Part shown: positions 46,333-57,231 of the stretch, one piece after another
How positions within the stretch are numbered: the first letter of the stretch is position 1
Layout: each line of letters opens with the position of its first letter
IMG/VR virus record: IMGVR_UViG_3300028490_000003
Source: an uncultured virus (IMG/VR IMGVR_UViG_3300028490_000003)
Taxonomy: Duplodnaviria > Heunggongvirae > Uroviricota > Caudoviricetes
Reading direction: 5' to 3' (one strand)
Length of the DNA: 64,000 bases
The notes under the pieces: generated by a model
The model's input: the letters and a program-made list of their open reading frames with translations, nothing else
Told to the model about the DNA's origin: nothing
The model's database searches: none
Made by a program: the position numbers and the translations under genes

Positions 46333-47064
46333 ATGTATAAAACAATAAGACAGGTTTATATTGATATTTTAGTTGAATTGGTTAGAGAAGAAGCTCCTAC
46401 TTTGTATATTGAAGACTTTTTATATTATTATAATAAGGCTATTAATGAGTATATGAAGAAAAGATATGAGCTATTTGAAATGACACAGCAACTGACTGAC
46501 GATCTTAGATTTTGGAAAAAAGTCCATCGAGACACTCGATTTACAATTCCAATAGATGAAGTGGGTAGTAGCGAAGGATATCAGTATAGACACTTATTGA
46601 ATTGTATAGTAGAAGTATCAGTAACGTACCCAGATGCGGAATGTGTAAGTCATTTTCCAAATACTGTGGTTGGCTATAAAGCTACAAGAATGACATCATC
46701 AGTTAAAGCTGGGATATCTAGTAATGTATTTTTAAAGCCTAAATATTTTAGACCTTACTTTGATATTTTATCAAATGAGTTAACTATATATGTAGGCGCG
46801 TTAGAAGCTACAACTACTGTTCAAGAGGTACATATAGAATACTTAAAGCAGCCTAAAAAGGTAACTTTAACAGAAATAGAAGTAGGTGCAGACACTGACA
46901 CATCAGAAGTATTAGAATTTACAGATGATGTTGGAGATGAAATAACAAAGGCAGCTTTACTATTAATTCTTGAGAGAGGGCAAAGTCCTAGAACTCAGAG
47001 TCATACAATAGTAAATCAGTCTGTTACAGATTCTGCAATCAGATCGACACCAAGTAAAAAATAA
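46333..47064 (+). CDS. probable head-tail ring/adaptor protein
   Basis: 243 aa; EYLKQP motif and position. Confidence 0.55.
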   Translation: MYKTIRQVYIDILVELVREEAPTLYIEDFLYYYNKAINEYMKKRYELFEMTQQLTDDLRFWKKVHRDTRFTIPIDEVGSSEGYQYRHLLNCIVEVSVTYPDAECVSHFPNTVVGYKATRMTSSVKAGISSNVFLKPKYFRPYFDILSNELTIYVGALEATTTVQEVHIEYLKQPKKVTLTEIEVGADTDTSEVLEFTDDVGDEITKAALLLILERGQSPRTQSHTIVNQSVTDSAIRSTPSKK

Positions 47065-47167
47065 AAAAAAAATAGGTGGGGGATTCCAGCTCCTAGCCTT
47101 TATAACAAGTAATTATATAAACAGTCACAACGAAGCTGGTAAGTGTGATGAAATAAATTTTTTAAAT

Positions 47168-48031
47168 ATGTTCGATTTAGGATATAAACAAATTGTAATC
47201 AACAGCGAGTCTGTTGTAAAAGTAGTAGGTGCTGAAACTGTTATTGAAGGTTTTGGTAAGTTTGAAACAGGAAAGGGAGAAAATAAATGGTCTGTTGCCG
47301 CAGAGGATGCTGCAGTAGGGAAGTATGATGTTACAGTTCCTCCAGGAGCTGCAATAGCAGGATCAGTTTATAATATCAAGGTGTACTTTAAAGGTGCTCC
47401 AAGAATTCTTTCTGAATTATTCTCAGGTGGAGGTAATAATTATGGTGATGTTGGTGAAATTAAAGTTTTCCAATCTCAACGTTTATTAGCAGTAGACACT
47501 TTAGGAACAGCTATGGTAGGGGATGCAACAGCAACACCACCAGTTCCAGGAGCAATTATTGATGCTTTCAATGATTTAATCCTTAAGTTCACAGGTGCAG
47601 GACCAGATTTTTCTGTTGAATTCGTAGAAGGCTATGAAGGAGTTGGAATTGCAAAAATTTCAATGACTAATGCTGACGACCAAGACAACAAAGAAACTTT
47701 CTTAGTTACTACAGAGACTCAAGCACCTTCTGAAGGAATTGGGCTTGGAAAGCAGATTGAGACTGATGTTAGAAATGCTGTTTGGGACAATATTGACCCT
47801 TATGGAATTCAATTTGGTGGAAACACTGCAGTAGATGTTAGAGCAAAGTATAAAACTATTTACTTTGAAATGCCTTCTACACCAGCTACATCTACTAAAG
47901 GATGGGAGCCACATGCAGCTAGAGGTTATGGAGATGCACAAACTGAGGCTACTTACGGTAACGTTAAGTATGTTGCGTTTGTTAACGAAGCATCTGCAGT
48001 AGCAGCAGCGGGTTTAATTGAGGCTATCTAA
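47168..48031 (+). CDS. abundant structural protein, paralog 1
   Basis: MFDLGYKQIVIN; high-expression codon bias. Confidence 0.75.
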   Translation: MFDLGYKQIVINSESVVKVVGAETVIEGFGKFETGKGENKWSVAAEDAAVGKYDVTVPPGAAIAGSVYNIKVYFKGAPRILSELFSGGGNNYGDVGEIKVFQSQRLLAVDTLGTAMVGDATATPPVPGAIIDAFNDLILKFTGAGPDFSVEFVEGYEGVGIAKISMTNADDQDNKETFLVTTETQAPSEGIGLGKQIETDVRNAVWDNIDPYGIQFGGNTAVDVRAKYKTIYFEMPSTPATSTKGWEPHAARGYGDAQTEATYGNVKYVAFVNEASAVAAAGLIEAI

Positions 48032-48053
48032 ACTAGTTTCTAGTATTAAAATT

Positions 48054-48087
48054 AAAAGCAATCATTTTTTAGTGGTTGCTTTTTTTT
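48054..48087 (+). terminator. Intrinsic terminator
   Basis: AAAAGCAATCA/TGGTTGCTTTTTTTT. Confidence 0.8.
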
Positions 48088-48097
48088 GTGCTTTATA

Positions 48098-48109
48098 TTT
48101 AGTATTATA
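48098..48109 (+). promoter_or_regulatory. TTTAGTATTATA promoter-like motif
   Basis: Immediately after the terminator and before 48140. Confidence 0.7.
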
Positions 48110-48139
48110 TACTTAGTAATAATTTATAAATAATAAAAT

Positions 48140-49024
48140 ATGTTTGATTTAGGTTTTAAACAAGTAGTAATAAATGATGGTACTGATCCAGTTATAAAAG
48201 ATTTAGGGAATGGTTACGTAGAGGTTGAAGGCTTTGGTACATTCAAAGGAGGAGGAAGTTCTTCTAAGTACGATAAGGACCCAGTAGAGAAAACATTAGG
48301 AACAACAGCTATAACAGGAGAACCTGTTGGATGGAATATTGACCAGGTATGGGAGATAAAAGTACATGTTTCTTCTGGAGAGGGGGCTGGGGGTAGTGTA
48401 GGAGAAATTAGAGATTCGGGAGAGATCCTTTATTTTCAAGTAGGAAAAATTAAAAAACTTGGAAACGTTGACCCTCCAGCAGATTTTGACGGTATATTAC
48501 AACAAAATGTAACAGATTCTTCAGTAATGTTAGACTATGCCCCTGGGGTATTTATGTTTAAGCCTGGATATGAAGGGTATACAGTAGATAAAGTTTATGC
48601 AACAAAACTGTATGATCCAGCTATTGCTAATTTTGATGATAGATACTCTACACCAGAAGACTTAACAGCATCAGTTACTGAGGGTAACTTTGGATTTGGA
48701 TATCCTGCACAGATAGAAGAGTCAGTTAGAATGAACACACCACATACAGTTAATCCTTATGGAATTCATGTAGGAGGAAATTATGCTGTAGAATTTGATA
48801 ATGATTCGGTTGGTACTCCAGGAAAAATAAGATATACAGAAATTACTTGGTTTACAAAAGAAGATCACCTTGAAGGTATGGAACCTCATAATATGCTTGG
48901 CTACGGAGATGCTAATACTGAAGCTACGTATTCTGATAGAAAATATAGTGTATACATTCAATCAACAGGAGCTGATGGAGCAGTTAAAAATGCTGTTGAA
49001 ATTGGATTACTAAAATCAATATAA
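48140..49024 (+). CDS. structural protein, paralog 2
   Basis: MFDLGFKQVVIN...PYGI..GGN.AV...EPH...GYGDA.TEATY shared with 47168. Confidence 0.8.
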   Translation: MFDLGFKQVVINDGTDPVIKDLGNGYVEVEGFGTFKGGGSSSKYDKDPVEKTLGTTAITGEPVGWNIDQVWEIKVHVSSGEGAGGSVGEIRDSGEILYFQVGKIKKLGNVDPPADFDGILQQNVTDSSVMLDYAPGVFMFKPGYEGYTVDKVYATKLYDPAIANFDDRYSTPEDLTASVTEGNFGFGYPAQIEESVRMNTPHTVNPYGIHVGGNYAVEFDNDSVGTPGKIRYTEITWFTKEDHLEGMEPHNMLGYGDANTEATYSDRKYSVYIQSTGADGAVKNAVEIGLLKSI

Positions 49025-49025
49025 T

Positions 49026-49697
49026 ATGACACTAAGAGAAATGGCCACTACTGTTCAGAACCATGTTCTGGATGGATTAAATGGAGTAGATACATTACCT
49101 TTCTCTATAGAACAGTTGGAGAAAGAAATCCTTATGGCAGTTCCTGGAATAATTCTAGATCTGACAACTAAAGGACTTATTGACATGGCTAGGCTTACCC
49201 AAAGAATTGATGGGATAAGGCTAACTGTCGGCGACGTATCTACCGCCTGTAATGTTTCAGCTGGAGAGTGCGCTCCACACTTTGAAATTCCAAACATAAA
49301 TAGATTTGTAGATGAACCTATAGTATTTATAGGTAACATGGATTCTAGTATATCTTTCAAGATATATTATGATAGGGATTTTAGATTTCATAAATATAGA
49401 TTAGCAACTGCAAGAAAGCCGTATGCATGGATAAGTACAAGTGCTAATTCAAATGGGCTTTATGATATATTTTTATTTAATTTAGGAAAGTATAGTAGCT
49501 TAAAATATGTCAGTATTGATGCTATTTTTGACAACCCTTATGATTTATATAAAACACCTTATTTCGAACAGTTTGCTTCGTCGAGCTTTTATGCTCCTAT
49601 GATAGTACAGGAATCAGTGATAGCAAAATTAAGTCAACAGTATATTAATTATTACAGACAATTACATATGACTCAAAAATCTAATACTCAAGCGTAA
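49026..49697 (+). CDS. probable tail ring protein
   Basis: Position and size; AIFDNP motif. Confidence 0.55.
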   Translation: MTLREMATTVQNHVLDGLNGVDTLPFSIEQLEKEILMAVPGIILDLTTKGLIDMARLTQRIDGIRLTVGDVSTACNVSAGECAPHFEIPNINRFVDEPIVFIGNMDSSISFKIYYDRDFRFHKYRLATARKPYAWISTSANSNGLYDIFLFNLGKYSSLKYVSIDAIFDNPYDLYKTPYFEQFASSSFYAPMIVQESVIAKLSQQYINYYRQLHMTQKSNTQA

Positions 49698-50461
49698 TGA
49701 ATAATACAAGAAGAGACTCTGCAGTAAATACTCACGTTCTAAATATTAGAACTGGATTAATTAATATGAAGACTAAATATGGCCTTCATGTTGATGAGTA
49801 TGATTATTTAGATATTGCGGTGGATGTTTTAAGAGATATTCGTCATTATGGAACAAGTGAATATTATGCTATAGTAAATACAGATGAAGAAGGAAACTTT
49901 CCTCTTCCGTGTAATGTTAGTATGATTGATGCTGTCACAGGTAGAAAGCAAGGTATAAAACAATTTAAAGATAGAATTAAATATGAGATGCTTGATAACT
50001 ATGGTAACGACCATTTTTTTAAAGCTGAGAATATTTCTAGAACTTTGGATTGGGATTCTTATTTTAAACCAGGTCTTACTGGGCTAGTAAATCCAGATGG
50101 GTATATTTCATATCAACTTAACAATGATACTGTAATGCTTGGGAAGGATTATAAAAATACATCTGTAGTAATAGCTTTTACTGGAATATCTGTGGATGAA
50201 GAAGGATTTCCGTTAATAAATAGAAAGCAGGCTAATGCATTGGCTGCGTCTGCTGCTAAATATCATATTTTAAAGAAGGCTATGAAAGGAGAGGCTAAAT
50301 ATGTTAATATGATAGAATTAATTTCTGGGGAATGTGCTCGTCTAGTACAAGCAGCTTCTATTCCAGAAAATATAACAGATAATGAACTAGATGAGTTATT
50401 AGACGCTAAAGTAACGTTTAATAGAAAAACATTTGGAAGACCAACAAAGTATAGTAGGTAA
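49697..50461 (+). CDS. probable tail ring/tubular protein
   Basis: LPCNV..IDAV and VDEEGFPLI motifs. Confidence 0.6.
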   Translation: MNNTRRDSAVNTHVLNIRTGLINMKTKYGLHVDEYDYLDIAVDVLRDIRHYGTSEYYAIVNTDEEGNFPLPCNVSMIDAVTGRKQGIKQFKDRIKYEMLDNYGNDHFFKAENISRTLDWDSYFKPGLTGLVNPDGYISYQLNNDTVMLGKDYKNTSVVIAFTGISVDEEGFPLINRKQANALAASAAKYHILKKAMKGEAKYVNMIELISGECARLVQAASIPENITDNELDELLDAKVTFNRKTFGRPTKYSR

Positions 50462-51051
50462 TGAGAAAAAAAAGAGTAAACAAAAAGTCTTCTGTAGGTA
50501 AAGATTTAGTACCACTAAATAAAATTTTACCAAGAGAAGGTAAGGGGTGCACATTGTATAATAAAGATTTATTCTTTAAACGTGTGAGAGTTCCTGAAAC
50601 AGTAGATGAGAAGTCATATCATCAACATACAAATAAAAAAAGTTTATATAAATTTTATAGTATGTTTATGTACGATCTTTTAGAAGCAATGGCTTTTGAT
50701 TTTATAATGGGAGATATAATAATAATAAATAAGGAAAAGAGCCTTAAGCTATTTATGAATATGCAGAAAGCTCCTCCTTCATTGTTAAATGGGACCTCTA
50801 AGGCTCCTTGCAAAGTTAGAAAAATACCCCATCTAGATTTTTCAAAATTAGACTATAGTTTTCCAAAAGTTATGATGGAGATAGGATATAAAGATAGACC
50901 AGCTGCGTTTTTAAAATTACCAGCTCATCTATATATGTTACTCTTAGAGGAGATGTATAAAGGTAAGAGATATATAAAGAGCTCTAACATGAATGCCACT
51001 CCTCATGATTATTATGAAAATGTAATAGCACCTAGAAATGGCAAAACTTAA
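50461..51051 (+). CDS. basic hypothetical protein
   Basis: 196 aa. Confidence 0.7.
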   Translation: MRKKRVNKKSSVGKDLVPLNKILPREGKGCTLYNKDLFFKRVRVPETVDEKSYHQHTNKKSLYKFYSMFMYDLLEAMAFDFIMGDIIIINKEKSLKLFMNMQKAPPSLLNGTSKAPCKVRKIPHLDFSKLDYSFPKVMMEIGYKDRPAAFLKLPAHLYMLLLEEMYKGKRYIKSSNMNATPHDYYENVIAPRNGKT

Positions 51052-51334
51052 ATACTTAAAGGATTATGTTCCTTATATGAAGGAGCTATATCCATTTTTA
51101 ACAGAAGAAGCCATCTTAGAGATGATGCAAGATTCTTTTGAGATAATAAGAAAATCTCTTGTAAAACCTAGAGAAATAAAAATACATCGAAGAGAATCCA
51201 AACTCTTCGAAGACAAAGATTTAGAAGGGAATTTTATTATTTCTACAATCTTTGATAATAAATATAAAGGAAAGATTATAAGTCAGATAGATAGACAAAG
51301 AAAAAAAGCAAATGAAGAAATTAACAGGAAATAA
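51038..51334 (+). CDS. small basic protein
   Basis: 98 aa. Confidence 0.7.
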   Translation: MAKLKYLKDYVPYMKELYPFLTEEAILEMMQDSFEIIRKSLVKPREIKIHRRESKLFEDKDLEGNFIISTIFDNKYKGKIISQIDRQRKKANEEINRK

Positions 51335-54300
51335 TAGTTTTACTGGGGGTCTTGTAACAGATCTAAGTGTATTTAATACGCCTAACAATACTGTTATAGA
51401 CGCGTTAAATCTAGAGTTAATAACTACTCATGATGATCAATACCTTCTTCAGAATATAAGAGGTAATGAAACTTTAGAGGATCCAGCTACTGGAGAGATA
51501 GTTGATCTTGGTAAATACACACATAACGGCGTTGATTATAAATACATACCACTAGGATTAAAAACCTATGCAGATATAGCATATATATTGATAGGTGCTT
51601 TTGAAGATAATGGAGATTTTATTACTGGAGCTGTTGGTACATTTCCTTCGCCTGATTGGGATGCTATAAATAATGGACAGAAATCATTATTAATACCTAG
51701 GTTTTCTATACTTCATAATTTTAAGACTATAACAAACACTTCGGGGGAATATACAGATCCTTTTATATCTGATGTATTTAAATTTAAAAAGAATGCTTTT
51801 ATAGATATTGTAATTCAAGGTGATTTTGATAGATCTGCTAATATTATATATACAGATAATATAGGGGCTACTAGAATAATAAATTCAAGATTTAGATCTA
51901 GTGATCAATACGGAGTATACGAACTTGCCGAAAGGCGTGGAGATAAAGATAGTAATACTTATACAGATGAAGATTGGGATAGAATAAATCTAATTCAAAG
52001 CAGTGATTTTCCAATAGCTGTATCTAATCCGCTTGTAACAGAAGATGGGACTCTTTTCGGAGGGGGATATAAATACTTCTTTAAATATATTACACAAGAA
52101 GGAAATACTACAGATATTTTATATGAGTCTTCTCTTATACCTATAGCTAATGGGGGACTTGGTCTAGATGGGGATCAAAGGTCTAATAAGCAGGTAGAAT
52201 TTAGTTTATATAACCTAGACACATCTTATCAAGGTATACAAGTATATTTTGCGCATTTTAATGGTTCGCCAAAAGCATCTGCTAAATATTTTAAAATAAA
52301 TTATGTCTACTCATATAGTGGTAATAAAGTTACTATAAAACATAGCGGGCTTGAAGAGGTTAAAGAGGTACAGCTTTCTGAGATTAATACTACTTTTACT
52401 CCTATAGATACTGTTAAAACTATAGATATTATAAACGATAGACTTGCTTTAGCTAATGTTACAGCTTCTCTACATGATGATGATATATCTATAATGGAGG
52501 CCGCTGCTAAAACTGTAACTATATGGGAAAGATACGCAGTTATTGGGCAATCTTATTCTGACCCAAATACAGCTTCTAGTTACTTAGGATACTGGAAAGG
52601 AGAAGTATATGAGTTTGGTATAGTTTTCATGATTAAAGGTAAAGGGCTTTCACCAGTATTTCCAATGATTGGAATGGATAATATAGATAATATTCAAAAT
52701 ACTTTTGGAGGACATTTTGGGTCTTTTGGAACTTATCCAGCATATACAATAGGGGTTGATGGGTTTGATAGAAATAATCATCTTATAAATGAGAAGGGTA
52801 TATTTAGAACTTCTAAAGATGGTATCATGTATAACCCTAGTACTAGTCATGAGGAAGGTAATAGATACCCTACATATATTCATTTAGATACTTCACAATT
52901 AAAAGATAATGCTCCATTAGTTAATATAACAACTGGGTATTTTATAGTTAGAAGAGAAAGAGTTAAGAATACATTGATGCAGGGGATGCTAGTACCTACC
53001 TTAAGGTTACCAGCGTATAGACTATCTAGTTGCCCAGTGTCAGAAGGAGATAATAGGGATTTCATAGGCAACTTTAGAAACACCTCACAATATTTTAATC
53101 ATAGTCCTGTTATAGGTTTAAACACAAAATACTTTTCGGTAGAAGACAGTAATGATAAGCCTATATATAGTGTAGATTTCCCTACTGTTCAAGTACCACA
53201 ACCTACCCAGATAATAAATGTATTGACTCATGAAAAAGCATGGGCAGTACAAGGAGGAATAGGGCAAAATATGACTGGTGGTAGAGATATTTTTGGTAAG
53301 TATGTGGATCAAGAAGGTGATGAAAAAGAAAAACAATATGTGGCTTTTTATTCTTGTGAAATAGATTTAAATTCTACTGCGGCGATAGATAGATTAACTG
53401 GGTCTTCTCCAGCGTTAGAAATACAAAAAGCTAGAAATAATGAATCTCCAGTAGGTATTTGTGAAGTTGGTGTGGCATTGGATCCTGCGGATTTAGTAGC
53501 TGCTTCTAAACTTCCAGCTAATACAATAGTAAAAACTATTGAGCAGGTTAGTGGAGGAAAGGCTGATTTTGTAAGTGTAGATTCTACTAAAATTGTTACA
53601 ACATTTATAACCTCTGGTACACAGATAACAGCATCAGAATCTTTTTCTGGGAAACTAGATAGAGTATATGGTTATAATGCGGAGAAAGAAACCTCCGATA
53701 ATATATATCCTCCTCATAAATTTAAAAGTAGAACTGGTAAGGCCAATGATGGTACGCCTATAAATTATTCAATACGAACATGTAAAACATGTACAAATAT
53801 TGTTGAGTTTAATCCTAAAGGAGGAGATGACTTTTACCCATATTCTTTAATATCTCAATCTTATTCATTATATTTAGGTATAAAGATAGAGACAGAAGGG
53901 CTTGCAGAAGTTCCTGAGTTTATATACTCACCAGAATTATTTAAAGTAAGCGAAAAAAGTCTTCTTGCTAATAGCGATATAGTAGTAGATCCTAGAAGTG
54001 CTGGTAATTATTTTGTAAATGTTGGGCATTTAACTAATATATTTTCATCTGGTAAAGGTAGATGGGACCAAGATGCTATAGTAGATATTTATAAGTACGA
54101 TAGTAATAAACCTTATTATGCTGTAACAGATAGACACCCTCTAAGCCATGGGAATCTTTTAGGAGGCCCTTCCGCATACGTATTTAGAGGAGATGCGTTT
54201 ATCAGCAGGTTCTTTAAAAGAATTACATATAAAAATGGAGTAGGGCTTAAGGGCGCTAACGCTGGAGATGCTGGTACATTTAAAGTAGGTCTTAATGAAG

Positions 54301-55796
54301 TAATGGCCCAAGATAAGGATAAAATTCCTGATAGATTTAAAGACGATAAAGGTAGAAATTTATTTGATGTTGGGCAGATTATAGAAATAGTTACTCAATC
54401 AAATATAAATGCAGACATTCGTTCTGTAGAACATGTTTCTGACTCTGAGTCTTCGCTAATAGGGTATGATAGAGACTTTTACCCACATAGAGAATCTTTA
54501 TTTTCTGATGATAGGCCAGACTCAACAAAATATAATGACGGATATTCTCCTACAAATCAGGTTATACCTTATTATAGAATATCTGAAAAAGCAGCAACGC
54601 TTAATACAGAGTTTCCAAATAGAATATTATTATCTGAAAAAAATCAAGTACAGGAGTTTTATAATTCTTTTAGAGACTTAAGAGGGTTTAATTTTAGAGA
54701 TTATGGCGTTGAATATGGCCCAATACAAAAGATTGTAGCTATTAATGGTGCTATTCTATCTATTCATAATAAAGGATTACTATTAATAGGGGTAGATGAT
54801 AGAACGCTTATTGCAGAAGGATCAGATATTTATATAGATACTGCCAAGGCGCTTAGTCCTAAGGCTGCTGTTATATCTGATTTATATGGTACATCTCACC
54901 CAGAATCTATTATTAAAACAGATACTTCGGTTATAGGAGTTGATTATAATGCAGATACTGTTTGGATGTTTGTTGGAAATAAAATTACAGTTATTAGCGA
55001 GTTTACTATAAAAACATTATTAAAGAAGTTTAAAAATAAAATAATCACGGCTGATTTTGCTGACTCTGATCCTAGTATTATATATGCCCCTAGAGTATAC
55101 TGTACATTTAGTAATATAAAACATACTTTGGTTGTAACTTATGTAGCTGAAAATTTAGCCACTAATCAACAATATCATGTAGGAACAGTAACTTATAATA
55201 CAGTACTGAACAAATGGATGTCTACAATATCTGAAGGTAATAAATTTTTGATGAGAATTACTGGAAATGAGTATTCTTTTGGATTTTCTGAGATTCATAA
55301 TATTTGGAAAGAAGATAGCCTAAGAGATCCTGTTACAGGGAAATATATTCGTTCTAGACTTCGTGGTAAAAATTATAACACAGAATTTGAAATAATAATC
55401 AATGAAAATCCTACATATGAGAAAATATTAGAAAATATTATCGTATTATGTAATAAGAGAATCCCAACTAAGTTGATTTTTAAAACTTCTGGAGATGTAA
55501 ATGATCCAGCTATAGATATTTGGGGAGCAAATGCTATGAGTATGGAAACTGTACAACCTATAATGACAAGAGAAGATAGTTCTAGGAAACATTTAGGAGT
55601 TGGGATATTAGATCAAAACGCACAGTATAGAGATAGCAAACTTTATATAGAAGTTGGAAAAGTAAAATATTCTATAAAAGATGCTAATAACAAGAGAGTA
55701 CGAGATAAACATATAAAAGTACGTTTCATTTATGAGGGTAATGATGAATTATTTGTTCAAGCAATCATATCAATATTAAGTATAAGTCAAAATTAA
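51312..55796 (+). CDS. Tail stabilization/nozzle (muzzle-like) protein
   Basis: 1494 aa; N-terminal NSFTGGLVTD...DALN, YGTSHPESI, C-terminal RVRDKHIKVRF. Confidence 0.75.
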   Translation: MKKLTGNNSFTGGLVTDLSVFNTPNNTVIDALNLELITTHDDQYLLQNIRGNETLEDPATGEIVDLGKYTHNGVDYKYIPLGLKTYADIAYILIGAFEDNGDFITGAVGTFPSPDWDAINNGQKSLLIPRFSILHNFKTITNTSGEYTDPFISDVFKFKKNAFIDIVIQGDFDRSANIIYTDNIGATRIINSRFRSSDQYGVYELAERRGDKDSNTYTDEDWDRINLIQSSDFPIAVSNPLVTEDGTLFGGGYKYFFKYITQEGNTTDILYESSLIPIANGGLGLDGDQRSNKQVEFSLYNLDTSYQGIQVYFAHFNGSPKASAKYFKINYVYSYSGNKVTIKHSGLEEVKEVQLSEINTTFTPIDTVKTIDIINDRLALANVTASLHDDDISIMEAAAKTVTIWERYAVIGQSYSDPNTASSYLGYWKGEVYEFGIVFMIKGKGLSPVFPMIGMDNIDNIQNTFGGHFGSFGTYPAYTIGVDGFDRNNHLINEKGIFRTSKDGIMYNPSTSHEEGNRYPTYIHLDTSQLKDNAPLVNITTGYFIVRRERVKNTLMQGMLVPTLRLPAYRLSSCPVSEGDNRDFIGNFRNTSQYFNHSPVIGLNTKYFSVEDSNDKPIYSVDFPTVQVPQPTQIINVLTHEKAWAVQGGIGQNMTGGRDIFGKYVDQEGDEKEKQYVAFYSCEIDLNSTAAIDRLTGSSPALEIQKARNNESPVGICEVGVALDPADLVAASKLPANTIVKTIEQVSGGKADFVSVDSTKIVTTFITSGTQITASESFSGKLDRVYGYNAEKETSDNIYPPHKFKSRTGKANDGTPINYSIRTCKTCTNIVEFNPKGGDDFYPYSLISQSYSLYLGIKIETEGLAEVPEFIYSPELFKVSEKSLLANSDIVVDPRSAGNYFVNVGHLTNIFSSGKGRWDQDAIVDIYKYDSNKPYYAVTDRHPLSHGNLLGGPSAYVFRGDAFISRFFKRITYKNGVGLKGANAGDAGTFKVGLNEVMAQDKDKIPDRFKDDKGRNLFDVGQIIEIVTQSNINADIRSVEHVSDSESSLIGYDRDFYPHRESLFSDDRPDSTKYNDGYSPTNQVIPYYRISEKAATLNTEFPNRILLSEKNQVQEFYNSFRDLRGFNFRDYGVEYGPIQKIVAINGAILSIHNKGLLLIGVDDRTLIAEGSDIYIDTAKALSPKAAVISDLYGTSHPESIIKTDTSVIGVDYNADTVWMFVGNKITVISEFTIKTLLKKFKNKIITADFADSDPSIIYAPRVYCTFSNIKHTLVVTYVAENLATNQQYHVGTVTYNTVLNKWMSTISEGNKFLMRITGNEYSFGFSEIHNIWKEDSLRDPVTGKYIRSRLRGKNYNTEFEIIINENPTYEKILENIIVLCNKRIPTKLIFKTSGDVNDPAIDIWGANAMSMETVQPIMTREDSSRKHLGVGILDQNAQYRDSKLYIEVGKVKYSIKDANNKRVRDKHIKVRFIYEGNDELFVQAIISILSISQN

Positions 55797-57220
55797 TGAA
55801 AAAGATACATAACATAATCCAGAGTGAGTTAGTAGTAAGAACTAATAATGTTAAATTCAAACAAGAGTTTGGAGAGTTAGGAGTAAGCCCAAATATTAGA
55901 AATGAAGGGGATTCTACTATATTTACAACAGAGTTTGGGATAGATAAGATAATTTATCTAACAGTTAATGGGGTAAATCTTATTGAAGGGGTACATTTTT
56001 ACGTGGTAGATGAATTTCATATCCATATTAGTAATAATGGGGATCCTCTTAATGTATTTAGTAATCAGGCTATTAATATTCTTGTTGTTTACATGAGAAA
56101 TAATAAGAGATTCAACATTAGAGATATCAAGATTCCACCAATAATTACTTCTTTCTATTTAGATAAGACTGAAGGAGTGGATGAAAAAATAGTATTTAAC
56201 TTTGCTATAGAGCCTAGGGATGGTAAGAATATTTACTGGTCTATTCTAAAAGATGGTGGGGAAGTTCCTCTATACTCAGGATCGTCGCTACAGAGTAATA
56301 ATGGGCACGCAGTCGACTCTAGTGGAAATTTAATTGAACTTAAATATTATGTTACGAATGCAGAATACTTAGAAAGAATTGGAGAAGATATGAATTTCAC
56401 ACTTGTTGTTATTTATGACCTTACTGAAGATGGATCTATTTTAGATGAGAAATTATTAAAAGATGCTAAGTATACATTACTTAATATAGTACCTATTTCT
56501 GGTAGCATAACATCTCTACCAGCATACATAAGTGTTGGAGGATTCCATGATATAACAATAGATTATTCAGTGCTTAACCCTTCTGGAAATGCATACCAAT
56601 GGAGAATTGCAAGAACATATAATAATGCTAATAGAACTATCTTGGACTCTGGTAATACTGGGTTAGATATTTCTGGTTCCATAGTGGAAAACATAGAAGC
56701 TTTAGAAGGAGTACCTGGTGATTATAGATATTACCTAGAGGTACAAGGGCCTTCTGATTTAACTTTCTATGTTTTATCAAATGATAGAACTACAGTTAAT
56801 GTTCCTATCCCATCACTTAAAGCAAATGTTGGATACTTAGATGAAGCTATTATGAACTATCAAGACGGTGCTGGTACATGGAGAAAAATAGGATGGTCTG
56901 GAACCGCACAAGATGTAGTAGAGTATAATAATAGAGTGCCTTCTAATATATTTACAGAGCAGGTAGAAGAGTCTATTCTAGATAGTGGAGTAGTAGTAAG
57001 TCCTCCAGTATATAACCCTAGTGGTACAATACTTAAAGTGCATTTTGTTATAGAAGTGCCAGAAGCATGGGGTCCAATTAAATTAGTACAGCCTTTAGGA
57101 GTAGTAGATCCGTCTGCTATAAATGTTATTACACTTGGTAATGGTTACGTAGCTTATATTTACGCTGCACTTTCATCATCAGTTAGTAACCCTTCTGAAT
57201 ATTCATTAGAAAGAGCATAA
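55796..57220 (+). CDS. tail-associated protein
   Basis: 474 aa, beta-rich; VNGVNL.EG.HF. Confidence 0.65.
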   Translation: MKKIHNIIQSELVVRTNNVKFKQEFGELGVSPNIRNEGDSTIFTTEFGIDKIIYLTVNGVNLIEGVHFYVVDEFHIHISNNGDPLNVFSNQAINILVVYMRNNKRFNIRDIKIPPIITSFYLDKTEGVDEKIVFNFAIEPRDGKNIYWSILKDGGEVPLYSGSSLQSNNGHAVDSSGNLIELKYYVTNAEYLERIGEDMNFTLVVIYDLTEDGSILDEKLLKDAKYTLLNIVPISGSITSLPAYISVGGFHDITIDYSVLNPSGNAYQWRIARTYNNANRTILDSGNTGLDISGSIVENIEALEGVPGDYRYYLEVQGPSDLTFYVLSNDRTTVNVPIPSLKANVGYLDEAIMNYQDGAGTWRKIGWSGTAQDVVEYNNRVPSNIFTEQVEESILDSGVVVSPPVYNPSGTILKVHFVIEVPEAWGPIKLVQPLGVVDPSAINVITLGNGYVAYIYAALSSSVSNPSEYSLERA

Positions 57221-57231
57221 AATAAAAAGCC

